NCBI GenBank assembly: GCA_964487665.1
Contig: CAZARR010000001.1
Coordinates: forward strand, 19,982 to 83,981
Length of the DNA stretch: 64,000 nucleotides
Reading direction: 5' to 3'
Source of the DNA: an uncultured Pseudomonadales bacterium
GTDB taxonomy: Bacteria > Patescibacteriota > Microgenomatia > UBA1400 > MFAQ01
The notes beneath the pieces are model-generated. The model was not told where the DNA came from, searched no databases, and saw only the letters and a program-made list of their open reading frames with translations. Below are positions 59,101 to 64,000 of this stretch, piece by piece. The stretch's first letter is position 1, and the number at the start of each line of letters is the position of its first letter. The position numbers and the translations under genes are program-made.

Positions 59101-62100
59101 ATGTGTCCTGTTACGCTTACGTAAGGCATTGACCAATATCTTCTGCGGCTCACCATGCTCGCACCAATGCGCTATCACTGCCTTATCGAACTCCTCGTAT
59201 AAAGCATAGTATCCTGTCTCGTATAGGTCGTCTTGCGCTGTGCTATCTAATAGCCCTCTATACATCTCCTCTACACGCGGGTGGTGGAACAGCCATAGGT
59301 TAGACACCATACCTTGCTGTAATGCTACTGCGCTGACCTGCATCTGCGTGTCAGGGTTGATAAGGATAGCAGCAAGGGCGTCACCCTGCTGTGCTACAGC
59401 ATCGACGTAGTTGGTCATGCTCGACACGCTACCACCGCCGATAGGCACCTGCAATGCTATATCCTTGCGTACCCACTCGAAGCCCTCCTGCATTGAGCGA
59501 TGTCTGAACTCGTCCTCCAACGATGCGCGTATCATCTCCTGCCGCTTGGTGTCTGACGGCAGTCCAAGTATAGATGCTATGTTATCGTCGAGCCACTGCG
59601 CTGTCTCACTCGGCTCTACTCCTGCCTCGTTATAGGCAGCTATCACCTTCATGATATCCTGCACGCTAAGACCTGTCAGTGAGCGCAACGACCGTATCAG
59701 CTTATATTGCTCATGCGGGCTGTTAGGCACTCCTTGGTTCAACCCGGCAAGGTCTTGTACACGACGTAGCCACTCGCCACTAAGCGACTCTATAGCAAGA
59801 AGGCTCAACGTCTCGACATGCAACGGCGATGAACGCTTGGCATTATACTCTATGCTATTGATGGCACGACCATAGCTGCCGAGCTTCTGATATACCTTAT
59901 ATAGCGCATCACGCATATCGGACTGCGATGATAGCACGTTCTGTATGAACTGTAACGCCTCGCTATCCTTTAGCATCTCCGCCTGCCCTGTCTCAAGCAT
60001 CTCCTTGACCTGCTGTAACGATATATCCTCTCCTATCTCACCACTATCAAGCATGACGTTATATGCTGCCTCGATGCGCTTATCTATCGAGCCATGCACA
60101 CGAGCAGAGGTGCCACTAAGCCCTCTCCATTCTACCTTCTGACCGTTGCGTACCATCTCGGCTATGTTGACCCACATAGATACATCTTGGTTAGGGCTTA
60201 TAGACAGCACCATGTTGATATAAGCCTCGATAGCAGATAGTAGCTCCGCCTGACGTGATGCCATACGCTGCTGTCCCTCTAATAGCCTATCACGACTGTT
60301 GTTGCGGTCTTCCGTTATGCGTGATAGCTTAGAGTGTACAACGGCATACATCGACGAGCCACCTTCTGTCTTGATGAGTACGCTCTTACGTCGCTCTATC
60401 TCACGTGCCACCTCCTGCACTGTATCGCTCTGGTATAGTACTGCTATCTGACGTGCCACCTTGGTCTTACGAACAGCATCGCTATCTGATGGAAGAACGA
60501 CAAGTGAGGCACGATGCTCATCGCTGCGTTGCTCCACATCGAACAGATGCTCATAGTGTCTATCCATCCAGTTGTTAAGCATCTCTGGCTGTGATACTGC
60601 CGCTAAGATGCTATTGCCATTCTCGAACGATGCGCCAAGGACACCAAGTACGTTCTCCTTCATGTTATCCGTACCAAGGTTCACAAGGGTCTCGATGAGA
60701 GAAGGGAGCGTAGCATAGTTATCCGGTGTACGCCACATCACCGGTATGGCATTACCATCGCTGCCTATCATGCTTCTGTTGAGTACGCGACCATCAATAG
60801 TAGCAGCACGGTATAGCATTGTTAGTACCTTCTGACCATTGGCGAACGTACCAACGAGGTCTCCCTTGAAGTTGCTATCACGCACCTCCTTACTATTAGT
60901 CATGCTGTTAGGCATCACATAGCCCTGTAAGATATGATGCGCCGACTCCTTGGCAAGGTCGCGCCAGTCGTCAAGCTCGATAGGCTGCTGTAGCTGCATC
61001 GCCACTTCGGGGTCGTCCCATAGTGCTACGGCATCATTGAACAGCAACCGTTTGTTATCGAAGGCAATGTCATCAATAGGCTTACCAAGCACGCTGCTCG
61101 TCTGCGGCATATACGATACAGTCACCTCGTCCGCGTCATGGTCTTGACCTGATATGATATTCTGTAAGCCATTGCCATATATCAGTGAGCCGGCACTCGG
61201 TGGTAGGAAGCCGACGACACGATAGCGAGCAGCACTACCAGGTCCCGATGGTGTACGGACGCCGAACATCTCGCGCATGCTATATGTACCCATGATAGCA
61301 TCAGTCATACTCTCTATCCACTGCTCTACTGTTATACCTGTCGTCTGCTTGAGGTACTTATCCAATAGACCACGCACCTGTATCTCTTTGCCATTGGTGT
61401 CTATGAATGAGTAGCCATTGATGATAACACTGTTTATCTTGTTTATCATCTTATCGTCCATCTTAGACCATAGCACCTTACCGTCCTTGTCGTAGTAGTC
61501 GTCAATGACATAGCTACCACCTGCCGTATTCAATGATGCGACAGATGCTTTGATAGCATTATTGATGGAGCGTGTAAGACGTGCATTCGCTCCTGTGTAC
61601 TCATCGACGAGTAGCTTCTCTACCGCCTTGCTTGCATCGCCGAGCCAGTGGTTCAGTAGCTTATTGTTAGCCAATAGCTTCTCTGCTGTGCTTGTATCAA
61701 TAGCTATCTCATCGCCAACAGGGATAAGGAACGGCAGTATGTTATTGATGTTATCCGATATGAGCTTGTCTATGTTCTTACGAGGCTCATCACCTCTTAT
61801 CATATCTTCTATCTTCACATCATTGCCGTTCTCGTCATACCAACGTGTGATATGATGTGGCTGTAGCCATACTGGTAGGTTGTACTTATCGCCGACAGGG
61901 TTAGGAACGAACACCTCACCATCTACCATAGCGATGAGATGCTTCATGCCATTGTTATAGGCATACTCGACGGTCTTCTGTTGCGCCCACTTGCGAGCAT
62001 TACGATTGCCCGCCATAGTGTACTGCTGCAATGCACCATCATAGACTGCATTCAACGTATCACGCTGCTGCTGTGTCATGGTGTCATCAGACCATGCTAT

Positions 62101-64000
62101 ATCCATACCGAAGGCACGTAGCTTACGACGTACAAAGGCGTTCTGTACGTTACCGCCAATACGCTTGGTATCATATACCTGCTCATCGGTCATCTCTGTC
62201 CCTTGTGGTACAACGTTGGACTGCACGATATAGCTATCGCCCTCGCTATCATACACCTCTACTACGTCGAGTACGCTGCCCGGTGATACGGTAAGGCGCA
62301 TAGCAGGTAGCTCCTGCTTTAGTATCTCCTTGCGTATCCATGCCGAGATAAGCTGCATGGTACGAATGCGAGTACCGGTGAAGTCCTGCTTTACACCCGG
62401 CTCACGGATAAGGACAGATAACATACTCGTGTCCTCGTTGTTAGCCATAGCCTCCGACATGAGACGCTTCAACGTATCACTCATGGTGCCGTCCTTAGCC
62501 TTCTCCTCTACCGCCTTCACTATCTCGTAAGGTGTCATCATAGGAACACCATATACCTCACCGCCTAATACCTTATGTGCGAAGGTACGCATGCCATCGA
62601 GATAGACGGCAGCCCAGCTATCGGTGAAGTTACGGACGAGACCCTTAGCGTTATCGCTCTTGACAGGCAATGCCATGAAGATAGACGACATCTGCACGAA
62701 TGGAGCAGCAGTGGCATCATCGGTGCGCTTGTTGCTATCCAACTGGAACCGTAGCTGTGCGTTATCCAATGTATGTGTAAGCTGCTCGAATGGCATACGA
62801 CCCTTGGCGTTGCTGCGTATGACCTCCAATATATCCAAGTCGGAAGCACCGTCCTGTTTCATAACAGATAGAGCCTCCATATTGATACCGGAGCCATTGA
62901 CAGCCATTGTATATCCTTCTCCATAGCTATTGAATGCCATATAGCTACCGTCGTCCATCTGCACCGATGCTCTCTTCTGTTGTACTCCAAGAGCAGTAGT
63001 GTCTTCATCGGGAAGGAATGATATGTTGACTACGTTATTCTCGTTCTTCTGCGTACCTGATAGTATGTCGATGATAGGATAGTGCGTATCGAAGTCATCA
63101 CCCATAGCAGCCTTTGTCTCGATATGCCATTGCACCATCTTACTCTCCGCATCTTCCAAGCGTAGTAGCTCCTCCGTCTCTGTCGATGTGTTATAGAACT
63201 CCAACCACTTATCATATACCGACGTAGCAGGTAGTATGCCATAGTGCTGCACCTCTCGCAATGGTCGCCCCATAGGGTTATGCATCATCTCGAACCATCG
63301 CATCATCATCTTACTATTGAGTAGCTGATGAGCAGATAGCGGATAGTCCTCGTCCTTGTCCTGCTTGGTGTTGTCGTTTACTATGTCGTACTCATTGTTC
63401 AAGGTCTTCTGACCTGCTTGTATGTTATGCACACCGGCAGCACCACCGAAGCTACTATGCATACGAGCAACGTAGATAGGAGAGGTGAAGCGTGCACCAT
63501 CGCGTATGTCGATATCGTCTTCCTTGATACCACCAACGGTAAACCACACATGGTCATCTTTCAGTGGCATGACAGGCAACACATTGGCATAGCGACCAAT
63601 GCCATAGATACCACCAACGATAGGCTTATGTCCTGTACCAAGTGCTGGGCGTGAACGCTTACTCGGCGCCATAACGATATCGGCGAATGCTGTGTTACCG
63701 AATGATGTGCGTATGTTCTGCTGCGGCTTGAGCATAGTGCCGGTATCACCCTGTATGAGCGACAGCGTAGCATCATTGAATAGCTGATGTGCTATTAGTG
63801 CGCCAAGCCATAGGCGACCATCGCTGTTGAGGTTGAGGTCTTCACCTTTCTCGTTCTTCTCGTTAGCCTTATAGCCATATAGCCTGTGCTTACGCATGAG
63901 GTCCTGCTGACCACGAGCGAAGAGGCTCTGCAATAGCTCGTACTGGCTGTTACGGTCAAGGCGCATATAGTCAGCATCGCTTGGCTCTACACCATTGCTA
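53119..64000 (-). CDS. Giant virion RNA polymerase polyprotein (two-barrel RNAP + zincin), 5'-truncated
   Basis: Frame stays open upstream of 63966 to the edge. RTPS...GFLP...ISGQDHDADE (DxDxD at 61129-61143) as in crAss-like vRNAPs such as phi14:2 gp66; HEWGH at 57112-57126. Confidence 0.85.
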   Translation of the reverse strand, partial: SNGVEPSDADYMRLDRNSQYELLQSLFARGQQDLMRKHRLYGYKANEKNEKGEDLNLNSDGRLWLGALIAHQLFNDATLSLIQGDTGTMLKPQQNIRTSFGNTAFADIVMAPSKRSRPALGTGHKPIVGGIYGIGRYANVLPVMPLKDDHVWFTVGGIKEDDIDIRDGARFTSPIYVARMHSSFGGAAGVHNIQAGQKTLNNEYDIVNDNTKQDKDEDYPLSAHQLLNSKMMMRWFEMMHNPMGRPLREVQHYGILPATSVYDKWLEFYNTSTETEELLRLEDAESKMVQWHIETKAAMGDDFDTHYPIIDILSGTQKNENNVVNISFLPDEDTTALGVQQKRASVQMDDGSYMAFNSYGEGYTMAVNGSGINMEALSVMKQDGASDLDILEVIRSNAKGRMPFEQLTHTLDNAQLRFQLDSNKRTDDATAAPFVQMSSIFMALPVKSDNAKGLVRNFTDSWAAVYLDGMRTFAHKVLGGEVYGVPMMTPYEIVKAVEEKAKDGTMSDTLKRLMSEAMANNEDTSMLSVLIREPGVKQDFTGTRIRTMQLISAWIRKEILKQELPAMRLTVSPGSVLDVVEVYDSEGDSYIVQSNVVPQGTEMTDEQVYDTKRIGGNVQNAFVRRKLRAFGMDIAWSDDTMTQQQRDTLNAVYDGALQQYTMAGNRNARKWAQQKTVEYAYNNGMKHLIAMVDGEVFVPNPVGDKYNLPVWLQPHHITRWYDENGNDVKIEDMIRGDEPRKNIDKLISDNINNILPFLIPVGDEIAIDTSTAEKLLANNKLLNHWLGDASKAVEKLLVDEYTGANARLTRSINNAIKASVASLNTAGGSYVIDDYYDKDGKVLWSKMDDKMINKINSVIINGYSFIDTNGKEIQVRGLLDKYLKQTTGITVEQWIESMTDAIMGTYSMREMFGVRTPSGPGSAARYRVVGFLPPSAGSLIYGNGLQNIISGQDHDADEVTVSYMPQTSSVLGKPIDDIAFDNKRLLFNDAVALWDDPEVAMQLQQPIELDDWRDLAKESAHHILQGYVMPNSMTNSKEVRDSNFKGDLVGTFANGQKVLTMLYRAATIDGRVLNRSMIGSDGNAIPVMWRTPDNYATLPSLIETLVNLGTDNMKENVLGVLGASFENGNSILAAVSQPEMLNNWMDRHYEHLFDVEQRSDEHRASLVVLPSDSDAVRKTKVARQIAVLYQSDTVQEVAREIERRKSVLIKTEGGSSMYAVVHSKLSRITEDRNNSRDRLLEGQQRMASRQAELLSAIEAYINMVLSISPNQDVSMWVNIAEMVRNGQKVEWRGLSGTSARVHGSIDKRIEAAYNVMLDSGEIGEDISLQQVKEMLETGQAEMLKDSEALQFIQNVLSSQSDMRDALYKVYQKLGSYGRAINSIEYNAKRSSPLHVETLSLLAIESLSGEWLRRVQDLAGLNQGVPNSPHEQYKLIRSLRSLTGLSVQDIMKVIAAYNEAGVEPSETAQWLDDNIASILGLPSDTKRQEMIRASLEDEFRHRSMQEGFEWVRKDIALQVPIGGGSVSSMTNYVDAVAQQGDALAAILINPDTQMQVSAVALQQGMVSNLWLFHHPRVEEMYRGLLDSTAQDDLYETGYYALYEEFDKAVIAHWCEHGEPQKILVNALRKRNRTHNGVPYIQLHDNKYYNIDLRTAPGRNRAIVDLAALLATEVRNAKARTGSLDWTGLPEVQFLLQEMEIIPQGGTEHITLARLAEYDDVMMQRLRTGFANIPSDLRDLFELYQVLRFGFEYRRKGGLAKVITPKLHKAYSRHIDTMLNPVVQDNTKELPALLRNFFTQVLDHTNVPLMRFDSKGVAQGERMPPIGANGPASDYATNIYIAGKRIKVHANLRNASNLSWSRYGGIGAIRVGVFDSSPLSVTSLPTVGGLTVEALWRSTRDGEPAFEVQPGRERISSMNEYYAHRESIKRRWREQTITLDRQAFIASEEDRLLQIYRAAILSTTEPRAIASLMEMVNSQRTGKQVRLRDDSSYGNVADYLVRWVHAAKESIGKMSAADASQWSKVRDMLSGIEHATVRSGSGLIGDIEMWTTKVGISETSYSSDDSYARLRVNPKGTETMLADIAEQTGQSVDTLRTIFNGVIQQYANGDIAGVIAALNSGVAKAWLDKQTDKEAAIHGVMYHGRTQWREVRLDATQMASHLNDGKGTIRRVTGHPYKTGDVLHMADGSIAIVTGVSDSYMNKREELVYRNASYTIVRSTLNQRTSVMQGEDMLQSLVSLLGSNMIYGSEFDNKPIQTVWVDDYDTPAHIETGADGTPIVYLSRQLADSGAVLHEWGHLWSAAMINDPQWSRWIDALRETPLWRIVEELHPGADDMTLQLEAMAYLIQTGHYYGQGIVSMGLKREVQQGVEAMIGMSLNDAIRQTLGKAIEGDTTIVNMASTLGELSERIEQVLKGANTMITPVMWSIMPKTLRTQATAAVRGMTMSNIDDVFVRRDGSTDPVRAKLMRSAMNSYRSGHKLWTTPTGKVIAWEHQNGKRYTEDEVRATVATLESSVKAMVRPVDGLAAWLNALTNTDSDTMYTAAATNWKDWSLYSKEETKELRTQQLRTWIKAIGFRPGLDKAIVGDEIVKLGVPAAAVTDESMVVVKDADTPMERYEVWMVTGEYLSANNHSLSKVLVRSGRDRSGIRLDNSMGSRLALKGAVIGMALMKATGKRTTSVNASSWDASKMQHRLMTDLLGQVQRIIMDDPFIMERLEGGVFSIMEDKSLLDAERYMGNVLDNVLAYSQTLHSRMEGNSVTWLDKMMETAQKAQQGDVEMMDILEQLVYNRLSWLRSTVHDGDRDSIAKDDEYIMLSDWYRQLRTRRYNPMTIGLEAFDEKWIRDSSRWSNPIKVWVRDSIEQGLRSVRTTITPHIEWMQSKTKELNNKHKKLGILGGAHKLFMPMFKKVQALDANGKSITVSIHALHTDLNDADTIKALNDPNSGLTREMVLLGKEIHQRLVDELAQYLYITDGTVRYKEESERKRLSKEKAEKLLKGGMLPAMPRRAEAALEQGQMSDYVRLTVDNLMNIESPSESFYDPDTGVDKPNIYSLLWQQFDEDVLYGGKQRMKLLGISVDEDGTLRVDGDAEAAMQRNLSYNVQDIYNFTINQSARARLLSRAAKDAQIALDIIRSLRERGVDSRDLEDVVRVYADRTLFGKLPDSIKLKLMGAMVEVDKVVGVAQKAVYSIGLAFAPLVAVKNMVSNASKVLLGSVMNAVSGSGLFGTSAVARATSELTTQSAKVEAINRLLHTTGRSERDLLNHLRYNATQGNALNNDTGMIGMWYGEYYTKLLGMTAQLIEEGIYDAFDMVDGKLVYDQTKDKRFYKDGVLTDNGKLLLEDTLHRQKREGITAKDSDTLAAPYDTKEMHRIRAIVERFAGEMTDPTMKSHLQGFGLGRAALTMRSYMLNLLQTWYRPSDEEDLLGGKTVVNGKVVWVGRPVEGIVQTIGAMFKAVRDMRSGKKIEWNSWRTRNVLLLILHGAVVGIGMAVLQALLDDDEEKEDSMGEETVRYVFVEGLREQLAAGYPLSMYNDVKSKPNAILSMLGGTVSNVWETVLLPYRLGFEQDIVNKDGTISKRDKDAKEYIGDVADGWASSFSGTYRNTKMLYEDLIIGERGADGKWDNEY

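Noticed and set aside
1-64000. Stop-codon reassignment as in some crAss-like phages
   Set aside because: Long genes are intact in code 11, and TAG and TGA both end coupled genes; no suppressor tRNA seen.

Overview
The window is about two thirds of a crAss-like (Crassvirales-related) phage genome read in the standard genetic code. TAnnTTTG promoters point to a Bacteroidota host. Minus strand 1-15.4 kb holds the start of the probable major capsid gene, a scaffold-like gene, portal, TerL, holin, patatin phospholipase, tail spike/fibre genes, a RusA-like resolvase and a RepL-like wHTH gene. A divergent repeat-rich control region lies at about 15.45-15.75 kb. Plus strand 15.76-49.05 kb is an early/middle block of mostly hypothetical genes plus Sak/Rad52 SSAP, SSB, ParB-like, RadC/JAB and GH73 genes; I recognised no DNA polymerase, primase or helicase there. 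Minus strand 49.1-64 kb holds an amidase endolysin, a tail-collar fibre, structural genes and a 5'-truncated giant (>3600 aa) virion RNA polymerase with a DHDAD motif and a HEWGH zincin motif. The most unusual signal is non-coding. Several kb of densely base-paired intergenic sequence at the start of the early block carry three tRNA-like modules without a canonical anticodon loop, all ending N-CTAT, plus a three-copy structured motif beginning CTTAACCC. Early genes are also flanked by short direct repeats at their RBS junctions, suggesting cassette-like gene shuffling. All calls come from manual reading; no searches were run.
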